Below are positions 1-11,647 of a stretch of DNA of 64,000 bases, one piece after another (position 1 is the first letter of the stretch; each line of letters opens with the position of its first letter). The notes under the pieces were generated by a model that did not search any database, had not been told where the DNA came from, and worked only from the letters and a program-made list of their open reading frames with translations. The DNA comes from Botryllus schlosseri (Eukaryota): assembly GCA_051294905.1 (NCBI GenBank), contig CM119373.1, positions 35,278,001-35,342,000 of the forward strand, in the 5' to 3' direction. Position numbers and translations under genes: made by a program.

Positions 1-108
1 GCGAACAGTGCTTGATGTATCACTTCAATTCATGTAGAATACCGTAACATATATCACACTGCTATTTTCAGGTAATAATCTTAACCACCTATCTATAAAG
101 ATCTCGTA

Positions 109-2004
109 ATGGATATCGTGAACATCTTGCCAGATGAGATGTGGGTCAAGATTCTTGATTACCTCCCTCTGCACGACCGTCTTGAATGGGTAAAATTTAC
201 AAACAAAAGGCTTTTGCAGCTTGCGGGAGACGTGCCTGCAGTCCAAAATCTCGATTTTCACGGATGTAGTTATGTATCGAATGATCTGTTTCTAAAAATA
301 ATCAACCGTTCAAAGGACAGTGTGAGATTTTTATCGTTTCGGGACTGCGCTTGGCTCTCGAATCAAATCTGCACCACGATGCCCAGATTGAAAAATCTTG
401 TTACGCTGGATATATTGGGGTGTTTCTTGAGTAGCGAAACGTTGCACAGTCTACTCCACGCTACGCGCTCCATAAAAAGATTGGCTCTATCCACTACCGA
501 ACTGGTCATGAAAGATTTTTGTCGGCGGCAGTCAAAACGTGGATTGTCACTTCGGGTCTTACATGTAGAATTGCTTCACGATCCTAAAAAACTCGGCAGT
601 CGCCAAACCAGAACGGTGTTGAAGAATTTTATCAAGACATGTTGTTATTCTAAACCTCATTGCATTTCAGTCCAAACTCTCAAGCATTTGCCTCTAGGTG
701 ATTTTGAAGATATATTCATCAAGGCAAATCTTGCGGTTCATAGAGACTCCTTACAAAGAGTGATGCGGGAGGCTTGTGATAACGCTTACTACAATCAGAT
801 ACTGATTGCAGAGACTTTACATAGAGATGACAGTCCTCTGTCGGCCGGTTGCTTGGATGAAGCCCGGGTGCTCTGTCTTCCTATGCAGGGATTGAGGCAT
901 GGGAGTATGCACGCATCATGCTATTGTAAAGGAGAATACCTGCCTGATGAACTGCATGAACTGGAGTATCTTATTTGCTCTAGGAACGAATATGGTGATG
1001 GTGATGATCCAGATACTGCTGAGGCAGTTTTGCAAAATGGCAGTATTCCGAAACTGACACATCTAGACTTGGGCAGACGGTGCGCTTCTTATTTTGGTGA
1101 CACCGAGGCATTCCCGGGAGTATGCAAGAAATTACTATCTTTCACAAACCTCGTTGAGCTTAATGTGTGTGGGCTTGATTTGAATGCTAACATGCTTCTA
1201 TCAGCGATTACGGACATGAAACATTTGAAGGGTTTGTCTTTTTCGCTCCATCTTCCTATACAAACTGTCCCGGATCCAGAGCAGGATGTGATGAATTTTA
1301 CAAGTAAGACGGGAGACGCTAATGAAAGTTGCAGGTATTCAATATTTTTGTCGAAATTGGTGAAAAATTTCCCAGATTTGGAGAAGTTGGAAATAAGTTG
1401 TAGCATGGATGCCCGAAAATGTGTTGCTGTCGGTGATTTGAAACCAATTGGGACTCTGGGCAAGCTTTGTTGTCTGTCTCTACATGGATTTATTTTGGAC
1501 GATGTGGATCAGCTTGCACAAATCCTGTCTAAATGCACGAAGATATCATCATTGGACCTAAGTCACTTTGAGACTGATGTTGTCCGTGATTTTTCAGAGT
1601 GTTTTGCTTCGTTACGTCATCTCATTTATCTACGACTTGCCCATGATGACTTGGAGTCTGTCTCGAAATTCCACGATTTGCACATGAGTAGCAATCTTCA
1701 AAGATTCACTCTGTATTCAAAGTCGACATTGTCAGCAGCGTGGATCGAGTCATTTCTGGGACCGGTTGTTGCAACTTGCGATCATTTCTGTATGTGCCAT
1801 ATAGAATGTCAAAATGTGAACGTGGGTGTTAAAAAGATGATTGCAAAGTACCGGAAGCTTTGTGAGTCAAAATATCGTAACAATGTGGTATTGTCATGCA
1901 GTAATGATTGTATCAGCCAACATCCAGTGTGTCAAAGTTGGCAGGGTAGGTCGTTTTCATCTGTGGCCACATACAGCCCTTTTGACTTTCTGAAGATGCC
2001 TTGA
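109..2004 (+). CDS. FBXL18-like: F-box/LRR protein (FBXL18-like), intact paralog 1, 631 aa
   Basis: Uninterrupted ORF. N-terminal F-box (LPDEMWVKILDYLP), repeated LxxLxL units, and C-terminal HPVCQSWQGRSFSSVATYSPFDF. Segments such as FLSFRDCAWL..MPRLKNLVTLDILGCFLSS, FLSKLVKNFPDLEKLEI and LQRFTLYS...FCMCHI recall human FBXL18 (from memory). Acceptor-like ttttcAG at 70-71. Confidence 0.92.
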   Translation: MDIVNILPDEMWVKILDYLPLHDRLEWVKFTNKRLLQLAGDVPAVQNLDFHGCSYVSNDLFLKIINRSKDSVRFLSFRDCAWLSNQICTTMPRLKNLVTLDILGCFLSSETLHSLLHATRSIKRLALSTTELVMKDFCRRQSKRGLSLRVLHVELLHDPKKLGSRQTRTVLKNFIKTCCYSKPHCISVQTLKHLPLGDFEDIFIKANLAVHRDSLQRVMREACDNAYYNQILIAETLHRDDSPLSAGCLDEARVLCLPMQGLRHGSMHASCYCKGEYLPDELHELEYLICSRNEYGDGDDPDTAEAVLQNGSIPKLTHLDLGRRCASYFGDTEAFPGVCKKLLSFTNLVELNVCGLDLNANMLLSAITDMKHLKGLSFSLHLPIQTVPDPEQDVMNFTSKTGDANESCRYSIFLSKLVKNFPDLEKLEISCSMDARKCVAVGDLKPIGTLGKLCCLSLHGFILDDVDQLAQILSKCTKISSLDLSHFETDVVRDFSECFASLRHLIYLRLAHDDLESVSKFHDLHMSSNLQRFTLYSKSTLSAAWIESFLGPVVATCDHFCMCHIECQNVNVGVKKMIAKYRKLCESKYRNNVVLSCSNDCISQHPVCQSWQGRSFSSVATYSPFDFLKMP

Positions 2005-4281
2005 GTGCAAGTAAACCGGTTTACCATCACATTTCTGTTTTGAATTTCGTTCAACGTCATTGATTTGCCATTTTCTTTGAATTATTACTTTTCGTTAGGT
2101 TTTGTTATCTTGTTCATTTTCTCGATACTCAGATGTCAGAACGATCCTCAAATAGGCTAGCTACCCAGTGTGTCAATTGTATGATATGGTTTGCAATTTT
2201 AGAATTTGCCTAAACCAAGAGTTGGAGAGTAGTTGCATCCAAATTTCCACACTCACCCAAAATTCACTCGATATGAACCATTTGGTAAGTTTTTCTCTAA
2301 TCCATGATGGCTTTGTCAATTCCCTGTCATTAATATGTTTATTACGGCATCGGCAGTGAATAAATTTGTGTTGAAGTTGTTTTTTAAACTGTGTGATATT
2401 ATTGACTTCTACATTCCATTTCGGATATGAACATTGTTACCGGTATGTTGATTTTTGTTCTTATTTGAACTGTGGTTTCTGTTTCTAACTGCGTATTTGA
2501 GATCTTCCCAGTTATCACATGTATTTAGTAGGAATAATCATTATTCTACCTAACTGAACCCTACAATATCATTAAATATGGCCTGAATTTGATTCAGTAT
2601 GAATACTATAACAGGTCGTCCTTAATCTCAAAATAGTTGGAAATATCTGACACAAATTTGGAGTTTTTTTTATGTATTCTATTAGTGCATATCCACAATT
2701 ACACCATAAAAACTCTCATCCAATGTCATGTGAACAAATTGAACATAGAAGCTGACTAGATGGAACTTATAAATTAGTTCATCTACGGTGTTATTCACAA
2801 TTTTAGTTATGCTAACTAATCACCGTATTGGCTCAGTGTGATTTTGTCATTTCATCATACTAAATATGAATCACAGCATTGTCTTGTCATAATTGCCTTC
2901 AAATTACTGCCAGCATGTTATATCTTATATGAACTGCTGTTTTTCTCAATTCAATATCTAGAAACGAAATGATCATGCTTACTGTGTACATTTGATCATC
3001 AAAGAACATTTTCATCACTAGTTTTTTAATGTAGTCAAACGTCCAGAGTTTCAATTCATTAAATGTATGTTTATGCTAATGGGTAATTTATGTTGTCACG
3101 GAGCATTTTTCAATTTGTAGAAATCTGATTGCGACTTTGATGGAAATTTATTTTCTCTGCAAACGTAATCTAGCTCTATAGATTACACGATGCACTAAGT
3201 CTCCCAATTTTGCGTCACCTGAACACCAATTCACTGCATAAATCGTCATTGTAAAACATTCTTACCTGAAACATATCTTAACATTGAGTTAGGATTGCTT
3301 CAAAAGGGTATCTCCTCGAAAATCTGAGATGTTGGTGCACAGCAGTCATAATTATTACACGATAAGTGGTATTTTTGGTTCACGCCTGACGGATTAGAAT
3401 TGTGATGTCTGGTTTTCTATTGTGTTAATTGTTGGCATTGTGATATCACCTATTATTTTTCTTTAGTGTAATTCATTAGTATAATTTGTCAATCTGGATG
3501 TGTCTATGAACGACAAGTTTCTTCTGGATTAGTCTGGAAAATTTGCTAATCACACCACTGCGGAAGTGAGAAAGTGAGAGTAAATTACGTAAGTCATTGG
3601 TTCTTTATTCTTTTGAGATGTCAACTGGCACTGCCTTACTAAGATTATTGGGAAGTCAACTTTGTAGAGCTGGGATACCTATCGGTAATGCCCGTGATGG
3701 ACCTACATTTTAAATGTTTCGATCCCTATAGATATGTTGTGTCACAGGCCACTCTGGCAAACAAGTGTCTGTATTATCTGTTTCTGTATAATGTTGTGAT
3801 AGTTCATTTCTTGAGTATTATTTATTGACTATTTCGTCATGACATCTCAAGTCTGGTATCCTACAGGATATTTTTGTGAGGTTCTGTCGCTCCTTTGGCT
3901 ACTCACTAGTATTGATATTAATTTTAACTCATTGAAGCATGCCGGATATTAAATCTAGATTCCAGCACCGAATTTTCACCTTAGTCAAATTCATTGTGAA
4001 AAGTCAGGGTACATGGAATAAGTATTGGTCCAAAACAAGCGTTTTCGTATAATTTGGAGTTTTGAATGATGATGGTAAAAAACGTATAGGTTTTGATTTG
4101 GAGTATAGCTCTGAATTTGAGGTGCGGACTGTTCTCAATCTCTCTAGCCTTGTGTGAATATCTGACCTTTGTTTTTTCCTAATTCAAATAAGCACTGCTC
4201 TATATCATTGCAATTGATATAGAAGAGAAGACCGTAACATATCAGCCTTTTATATTCAGATAACAGTTGCAAGATTTCATG

Positions 4282-6147
4282 ATGGATATTGTGAGCTGCT
4301 TGCCTGATGAAATCTGGATAAAGATCCTTGATCACCTACCAGTACATGACCGTCTCGAATGGGTTAAATTTACACACAGAAGATTTTTTCATCTCGCTGG
4401 AGACATGCCTGCTGTCGAAAATCTCGATTTTCACGGGTGTAGTTATGTATCGAGCAACACGTTTCTGCGTATAATCAAGCGCTCGAGAGACAGTGTGAGA
4501 TTTTTATCTTTCCGCGATTGCGCTTGGCTTTCGGATCAAATCTGCACCACCATGCCAAGATTGAAAAATCTCGTTACTCTGGATATCATGGGATGTTTCT
4601 TGAGCAGCGAAATCTTACACAGTCTACTTCGCTCTACTCGTTCCATAAAAAAATTAGCTTTATCCACTACGGAACTGGTCATGAAAGATTTTTGTCGGTT
4701 GCAGTCAAAACGCGGACTGTCACTTCGAGTGTTACACGTAGAATTGCTTCACGATCCCGAAAAAGTCTGTAGTGACGAAACCAGAACGGTGTTGAAGAAT
4801 TTCATCAAGACATGCTGTTATTCTAAACCGCACTGCATTACAGTCCAAACGCTCAAGCATTTGCCTCTTTACGAATTTCAGGATATTCTAATAGAAGCCA
4901 ACCTTATAGTGTATCGAGACTCAATCCACAGAGTGATGAGGGAGGATTACGCTGAAACATACCAAAATCAGATGCTGTTTGCCGTTGCTTTACATCGTGA
5001 CGGCAGTGAACTGTCATCAGGTTGCTTAGATGCAGCCCGCGTGCTGTCTCTTCCTATGCAGATGAGACATAGGAATATACTTGGATCGTGTTATTGTAAA
5101 GGGAAATGCCTGCCTTTTACGCTACATGAACTGGAGTATCTCATTTGCTCAAGAGATGAATATTGTGATGACCCAGATACTGCTGAAACGGTTTTGCTTA
5201 ACTGCCGCATTCCAAAACTTACCCATCTAGACTTGGGCAGACGGTTCGATTCTTGTTTGGGGTCCTTTGACGATATATTCAAGAAATTACCGTCTTTCAC
5301 AAACCTAGTTGAACTGAATCTGTCTGGCCTGGACTTGGATGCGAACACGCTGCTGATTGCAATTGTGGGCATGAAATATTTGAAGGGTTTGTCATTCTCA
5401 CTTCACATTCCATCACAATGTGACTCAAAACAGAATGGAATGGTTTTAAGGTCAAGGGACAGAGATGCAGGTCGCATATATTCAATATTTTTGTCCAAGT
5501 TGACGACAAATTTCCCAGGTTTGGAAAAGCTGGAACTGATCTGTAGCGTGGATGCAAGAAAATACGTTACTGTCTGTGATCTGAAACCAATTGCAAAGCT
5601 CACCAAACTGCGTCATCTATCTCTACATCGATTTCCTTTGGACAATGTGGATCAGCTCGCACAGATCCTGTCCGAGAATATGAATATTTCTTCATTAGAT
5701 CTCGGTCACTTTGAGACAGATGTTGTCTGTGATTTTTCTGAGTGTTTTGCTTCGTTACGCAATCTCAATTATCTACGACTTGCCCATGATGATTTAGAGT
5801 CTGTATCGAAATTCCGCAATTTGCACATGAGTAGAAATCTTCAAAGATTCACTCTGTATTCGAATTCCACCTTGTCACCGGCGTGGATCGAGTCATTTCT
5901 GGGACCGGTTGTTGCAACCTGCAATCTGTTCTGTATGTGCCATATTGCTTGCAAAAATGTGGATGCAGATGTTAAAAGGCTAATTGCAAAATACCGGCAA
6001 ATTTGTGAATCGAAATACCGTAACAAGGTGATATTGTCATGCAGTGGTAATCGTATGACCCAACATCCAGTGTGCCAAAGTTGGCAGGGACGCGCAATCT
6101 CACAGGTCGCCACATACAGCCCTTTTGACATCGTAAAAAAACCATGA
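4282..6147 (+). CDS. FBXL18-like: F-box/LRR protein (FBXL18-like), intact paralog 2, 621 aa (alternative ATG at 4279)
   Basis: Uninterrupted ORF colinear with paralog 1. Start placed at the conserved MDIV; acceptor-like AG at 4258-4259. Confidence 0.92.
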   Translation: MDIVSCLPDEIWIKILDHLPVHDRLEWVKFTHRRFFHLAGDMPAVENLDFHGCSYVSSNTFLRIIKRSRDSVRFLSFRDCAWLSDQICTTMPRLKNLVTLDIMGCFLSSEILHSLLRSTRSIKKLALSTTELVMKDFCRLQSKRGLSLRVLHVELLHDPEKVCSDETRTVLKNFIKTCCYSKPHCITVQTLKHLPLYEFQDILIEANLIVYRDSIHRVMREDYAETYQNQMLFAVALHRDGSELSSGCLDAARVLSLPMQMRHRNILGSCYCKGKCLPFTLHELEYLICSRDEYCDDPDTAETVLLNCRIPKLTHLDLGRRFDSCLGSFDDIFKKLPSFTNLVELNLSGLDLDANTLLIAIVGMKYLKGLSFSLHIPSQCDSKQNGMVLRSRDRDAGRIYSIFLSKLTTNFPGLEKLELICSVDARKYVTVCDLKPIAKLTKLRHLSLHRFPLDNVDQLAQILSENMNISSLDLGHFETDVVCDFSECFASLRNLNYLRLAHDDLESVSKFRNLHMSRNLQRFTLYSNSTLSPAWIESFLGPVVATCNLFCMCHIACKNVDADVKRLIAKYRQICESKYRNKVILSCSGNRMTQHPVCQSWQGRAISQVATYSPFDIVKKP

Positions 6148-6157
6148 GTGTAAATTT

Positions 6158-6605
6158 TAGACGCGTAGCCAGCCAGAAAATAAGTAGGGGGTGAATTTAC
6201 TAATATAGCATCAATTCATTAGCGTTGAGTACATGCGTAAATGCTGGCGATTATACAATATCCTCGTGTGACGAAGTATGATAGGCTTGCCAACGAGTCC
6301 GGCAGTGCTGTCAATTAGCGAGTCCCTGATCTCTTATGAACAATAAATTATGCGAGCTGATCAGCATGTATTACGTAGCTCAAGTCATTATGACCAAGTT
6401 GATATGGAGTCTGTTCTATAATGGCATTTCCAATGGCCCAATCATATATCATCTTTAATAGCTCAAGCTTTGACACACATCTTATGGTATTTTCAGTATT
6501 AGCGGAAATCAATGTTCCGCACGCACATGTTTGCGGGCATTCGATATCATTAAGTTTCGTGATGTCACTCTTCAATCACACCCGAACCCCCTGGCTACGC
6601 GCCTG
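6158..6605. mobile_element. Old hAT-type MITE just downstream of the paralog 2 stop codon
   Basis: Ends TAGACGCGTAGCCAG...CTGGCTACGCGCCTG (13/15 inverted match). It interrupts 3' sequence that is contiguous in other paralogs (catgactgtgaatggtgccataacttgac). Flanks gtaaattt/gtatatgg are only a degenerate TSD. Confidence 0.65.
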
Positions 6606-7186
6606 GTATATGGTGTCCTAACTTGACAGCATATTTCTGATTCTAACTTCATTTTTTGTCAATTGGCATTGAACTGCCATTTTCTTTAAAATAAATATGA
6701 AATTCATTTCATTCATTCATCTATCATTTCATCCATAATGGTAAGAACATCAGTCTTGCGGGCTAACTTCCCACCATGTCAATTGTATGACATAGTTCAG
6801 AATTTGAGAAGGATCTAAAGTGAATTAGCTAGTTTGATTGAAATAATTACTTACACCCCTCATGATATCACCAAATATGATCCGGTGTGTTCCAATTTGT
6901 GAATTTTAGTGTAATTCCAGACGTGTTACGTCCATGTCAATGATATTTTCATTATTATATTGGCTGTCAATATAATTGTGCTGATCCTTAACAATGTAGG
7001 CCTACGCAATATTAGCTATTGCGAATATTGCAGTCTCAGCATTTGAAAAGCTACTCGTTGATACAGAACCTCAATATACAAATGAATAGCATATTCACAT
7101 TGAAATGAACCTGAATATTTTCTGCTGACATTTGTCAGGGGTAATTCGTCATCAACTAGTAGATCATTTGAAAGAGCAATGCATAC

Positions 7187-7679
7187 CAGGGTAGTAACCA
7201 AGTCACAAGGCTCCGAGTCAAAAGTCGAGTCATTTTCAATTCACCACCGAGTCAAGTCCGAGTCCATGTCAGCGAGCAGAGGGTCGAGTCCAAGTCATGG
7301 TGTTTTGACTCGAGTCGCAGTCCAAGTGATTGCGTTGATTGCTCAGTTTTCGGTTAAATTCTTGTTTAATCCATTTTTTATCACTCTTTTCGGTGCTACA
7401 GAACTATTCGCATTTATAATGTACTAATTTTCCTCACTCTTAACAGTTTGTGGTCTTATTTTCAAATACCAGTACCAATAGACGATATACCAATGGTGCG
7501 CTCACTTTTCTATTCTTCGAAATTACAATAAAATGTTGGTCTTGCCCGCCTAATTCATACACAATGACTCGAGACCACGTCGCGTCATTACAAAGATTGA
7601 CTCGAGTCATTTCTGTATTCTGAGAAAATGACTAGAGTCGAGTCATGAAAAAATTGCGACTCGAGTCATTGCAACCCTG
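7187..7679. mobile_element. hAT-type MITE with GACTCGAGTC subterminal repeats
   Basis: TIRs CAGGGTAGTAA / TTGCAACCCTG, many (GACTC)GAGTC motifs at both ends, and 8-bp flanks atgcatac/ttgcatat (6/8). Confidence 0.75.
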
Positions 7680-8467
7680 TTGCATATCAACAATGGTATC
7701 GCAAAAATGAAGTCACCGGCATTGAAATGTCGAATAATCAAGGTGATGTCCTTTCGAATTCTCCACTAGTTGATAACGGTCACCTCTGACGAGAGTCAGC
7801 CAAAAATATTCGAGTTGATTTCAGTATGAATATGCTATCCAGAAGAGTAATAATTGTACATCATTATGCATACATATCACATTTCGTATATAGGTTTTCA
7901 TGCATAAATATCATTGCAAGAGAGAATGGCCTATGTAGGTGTCTGGTTTTGGGTGAAACAATTCAAATGCTATGAGGATCATTTGAAAAATGAAGCCCGT
8001 ATACTGGGGGCAAAGAAATGAACCATGTCCTCGTTATTGGTTTCACCGCATATAAGATATTGAATTTATGTATATCATCGTGCATGATTAATTTAATTTT
8101 CAATGCTTCCACTGTTCAGCAGTATCCATTTCCATATTTCATTTTATGCATCAGCATCATGTTCATTTGTTGTTATTTTGACTTGCTCACTTCACTTTTG
8201 TCTCACACTGTTTACGTACCTGACACCATGCTAGTTGTCACATGCATATGGTATAATATATCAGCATTTTCTTTCAATAGCTGCCAAACAATCACATGCT
8301 CAATTGCATCAACCTGCTAAAAATCCATCATTTGTTGTTATTTTCAAATGAACAGTGTTTGATACATCATCCCCATTTCATTTATACTACGGTATATCAC
8401 CCTTCTATTTTCAGATTATAGTTTCAGTTAAAACTTGTTACTACGTTTCATCTGTAACTATTTCCTA

Positions 8468-10324
8468 ATGGATATTGTTGGCGGCTTGCCCGATGAAATA
8501 TGGTTGAAGATTCTCGGTTACCTACCGGTACACGATCGTCTTGAATGGGTTAAGTTTACAAACAGAAGATTTTTACAGCTTGCTGGAGATATCACCGCTG
8601 TCCAAAATCTCGATTTTCACGGATGTAGTTATGTATCGAACGATCAGTTTTTGAAGATAATCAATCGTTCGAAGGACAGTGTGAGATTTTTATCTTTCCG
8701 GGACTGTGCTTGGTTCTCGAATCAAATTTGCACCACCATGCCGAGATTGGAAAATCTTGTTACACTGGATGTATTGGGTTGTTTCTTGAGTAGCGAAACA
8801 TTACATAGTCTACTTGGTGCCACATGCTCCTTAAAAAGACTGGCTCTATCCATTACGGAACAGGTCATGACAGATTTTTGTCTCTTGAAGTCAAAACGCA
8901 GATTGTCACTTCGAGTCTTGCATGTGGAATTGCTTCGCGATCCCAAAACTTTCTATGGTAGCATAAGCCAAACCATGACGGTGTTGAGTGATTTTATTAA
9001 TACATGCTGTCACATGCCGCACTGCGTTTCAGTCCAAACGCTGAAGTATATACCTCTTGAAGATTTTAAAAACATTATGATTGAGGCAAATCCTGCGATT
9101 GATCGTGACTCCATCCAAATGGTGACGAGGGAAGATTGTGATGAAACTTATCTAAATCGGTTACTGATTGCCGTTGCTTTACATAGGGATGTGAGTTCTC
9201 TGTCGGTTGGTTGCTTAGATGAATCGCGATTACTCTGCCTTCTTATGCAGATAAGACATGAGAACTTGCTCCCATCTGAACTACATCCGCATTTTTATTC
9301 CCCGCGGGACGAATATGTTGATGATCCAGATTCTGCTGATTTTGTTTTGTTTAATTGCTGGATCCCAAAACTGAGACATCTAAACATCGACAGATATTGT
9401 AGTTTTGATTTTGGTGTCATTGATGCATCTCCTCGTATATGCAAGAAACTACCAACTTTCACAAACCTTGTTGAGCTCAATGTATGGGGGCTGGATTTGC
9501 ATGCTAACATGCTTCTATTAGCGATTATGGATATGGAACATTTGAAGGGTTTGTCTTTTTCGCTCCATCTTCCTAAACAATGTGAGCTGGATCCAGGGCA
9601 GGATGTGTGGAATTATAAAGCTGAGACAATAGATGCCGATGAAGAAAGTTGCAGATATTCGATATTTTTGTCGAAATTGGTGAACAATTTCCCGGATTTG
9701 AAAAAGCTTGAAATGAAGTGTAGCGAACATGCCCGAAAATTCGTTTCTGTCAGTGAATTGGAACCAATCGGGATACTGGGCCAACTTCGCCATCTATCTC
9801 TACACAGATTCATTTTGGACGATGTAGATCAGCTTGTACAAATCCTATCCAAATGCATGAAAATATCATCATTGGATCTCGGTCACTTTGAGACTGATGT
9901 TGCCCATGATTTTTCAGAGTGTTTTGCTTCGTTGCGCCATCTCACTTATCTACGACTTGCCCATGATGACTTGGAGGGTGTATCGAAATTCCACGATTTG
10001 CACATGAGTAGCAATCTTCAAAGATTCACTTTTTATTCAGAGTCCACCTTGTCACCGGCGTGGATCGAGTCATTTCTGGGACCGGTTGTTGCAACTTGCG
10101 ATCTGTTCTGTATGTGCCATATCGAATGTCAATATGTGAATGCGGCTGTGAAAAAGTTGATTGCAAAGTACCGGAAGCTTTGTGAATCAAAATATCGTAA
10201 CAATGTGGTGTTGTCATGCAGTAATGAACTTGTCAGCCAACATCCAGTGTGTCAAAGTTGGCAGGCACGTTCGTTCTCTACTGTTGCCACGTGCAGCCCT
10301 TTTGACTTTGTAAAGAGACCATGA
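8468..10324 (+). CDS. FBXL18-like: F-box/LRR protein (FBXL18-like), intact chimeric paralog 3, 618 aa
   Basis: Uninterrupted ORF; acceptor AG at 8413-8414. The N-terminus matches the 55085 copy and the body matches the 59338 copy. Confidence 0.92.
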   Translation: MDIVGGLPDEIWLKILGYLPVHDRLEWVKFTNRRFLQLAGDITAVQNLDFHGCSYVSNDQFLKIINRSKDSVRFLSFRDCAWFSNQICTTMPRLENLVTLDVLGCFLSSETLHSLLGATCSLKRLALSITEQVMTDFCLLKSKRRLSLRVLHVELLRDPKTFYGSISQTMTVLSDFINTCCHMPHCVSVQTLKYIPLEDFKNIMIEANPAIDRDSIQMVTREDCDETYLNRLLIAVALHRDVSSLSVGCLDESRLLCLLMQIRHENLLPSELHPHFYSPRDEYVDDPDSADFVLFNCWIPKLRHLNIDRYCSFDFGVIDASPRICKKLPTFTNLVELNVWGLDLHANMLLLAIMDMEHLKGLSFSLHLPKQCELDPGQDVWNYKAETIDADEESCRYSIFLSKLVNNFPDLKKLEMKCSEHARKFVSVSELEPIGILGQLRHLSLHRFILDDVDQLVQILSKCMKISSLDLGHFETDVAHDFSECFASLRHLTYLRLAHDDLEGVSKFHDLHMSSNLQRFTFYSESTLSPAWIESFLGPVVATCDLFCMCHIECQYVNAAVKKLIAKYRKLCESKYRNNVVLSCSNELVSQHPVCQSWQARSFSTVATCSPFDFVKRP

Positions 10325-11155
10325 CTGTGAATGGTGCCATAACTTGACGTCATATTTCTGTTTAGAATTTTTTTTTTCAGCTTTCATCTGAACTTCGAAA
10401 TGAATATAAAATTGATTTCATTTACCGGTACCTCTTTCAACTTATCCATGATGCTCAGAACCTCGGTCATACGAGCTAGTTTCCCACCATGTCAATTGTA
10501 TGACATACCGTACTTTGGAATTTAAGAAGGATCCACAGTAAAGTAGGTATTTCGATAGAAATATCTACACCCCTCCTGATATCACAAAATATGATACCAT
10601 GTCATCCACGTTGTGGATTTGAATTGAATTCCTGATGGTTGTGTTTACATCCATGTCGTTATTTATTCCTGCATTAGTTGAAAAATTGAATTCTGTTGAT
10701 CATAAGGTAATAATAATTGTATACAATATCAGCTATTGCGTTTGTACATATTGCTGTCTTGAGGAAGGCTTCTGTAGCCTAAGCGTACATTTGACTTTCC
10801 GTTTTTTGTTTTACATACCTAAATGTCATTTCAGCTTTAATCTCGCACTATTGACATATTCAACACCGTGCTTGTTATCAGATGATTATGGTATAATATA
10901 TTGGCATTTTCACTACCATAGCTGCAAATAATTTACTGCCATGCCATCATGTTGTATTTTTTCAGCACTGCTTTTGTTCCTCGATTAAATTATTGGATTA
11001 CACTTCTGGATTTAGTTCGTTTGTTGCCATTATTGTACATATGACTTGGCTTTGTTGCAATTCATACAAATGAACAGTTCTCAAGTTATCATCTGTATCG
11101 CCCTTCATTTTCAGATAATAGTTTTGTAGTGTTAACCTGTTACCACATTTTCATC

Positions 11156-11419
11156 AGGCTGCAGCGTGGATCCAGTCATTTCTGGGACCTGTCGTTGCAG
11201 CCTGGGACCTATCGAATGTGAAAAGATTTTCGCGAATGTGAGAAAGGTCATGGCAAAATACCGGAATATTTGCAAAACGAAGTATCGTAGCAGTGTGGTG
11301 TTGTTGTGAAGGTGCAATGATTATCATCTCAGCCAATATCCAGTATGTCAATGTTGGCAATGAAGGTCATTTACAACTGTGGCCATATACTAACCTTTTG
11401 ACTTCTAAATATGCCTCGG
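11156..11419 (+). pseudogene. Collapsed F-box/LRR relic: 5' leader fused directly to the last ~90 codons
   Basis: Leader with acceptor (AG 11113-11114) runs into gcagcgtggatccagtcatttctgggacc (AAWIxSFLGP). ATG and about 1.6 kb of CDS are missing; stops and indels are present. Confidence 0.85.
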
Positions 11420-11647
11420 GTGCAGATAATTGTATAATTGTAATTGTATAATTTGGGTTTTTGAATGACTATGCCCAAGAATTATTGTATGTTGATTTGG
11501 ATTATAGCTTTGGATTTCATGCTGGGACTGCACACCATCGAACTATCCTTCTCTTAAAATCTCCCTTTTCCCCCAATTCAAACAAGCGGTGCTCGATGTA
11601 TCATTCGAATGGTATCCCTCTTCTATTTTCAGATGATAGTGTCAATA

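Noticed and set aside
1089-1463. Recurring minus-strand ORFs (also 5091, 17201, 22460, 33305, 43510, 60018, 63674)
   Set aside because: They are antisense shadows of the conserved F-box/LRR frame at homologous positions, with variable starts and lengths and no independent protein features.
109-2004. Independent retrotransposition of each intronless copy
   Set aside because: The flanking spacers are homologous between copies, and no poly(A) tails or TSDs bracket the genes, so DNA-level tandem duplication explains the array.
7179-7427. ORFs 7179-7427 and 53688-53972
   Set aside because: They lie inside a MITE, and the S/E/V-rich translation reflects GAGTC repeats.
10635-10931. 98-aa spacer ORF repeated at 44741 and 61494
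   Set aside because: It lies in recently duplicated AT-rich spacer, is hydrophobic and low-complexity, and the more diverged homologous spacer (about 34540) is disrupted by indels. There is no evidence of coding constraint.
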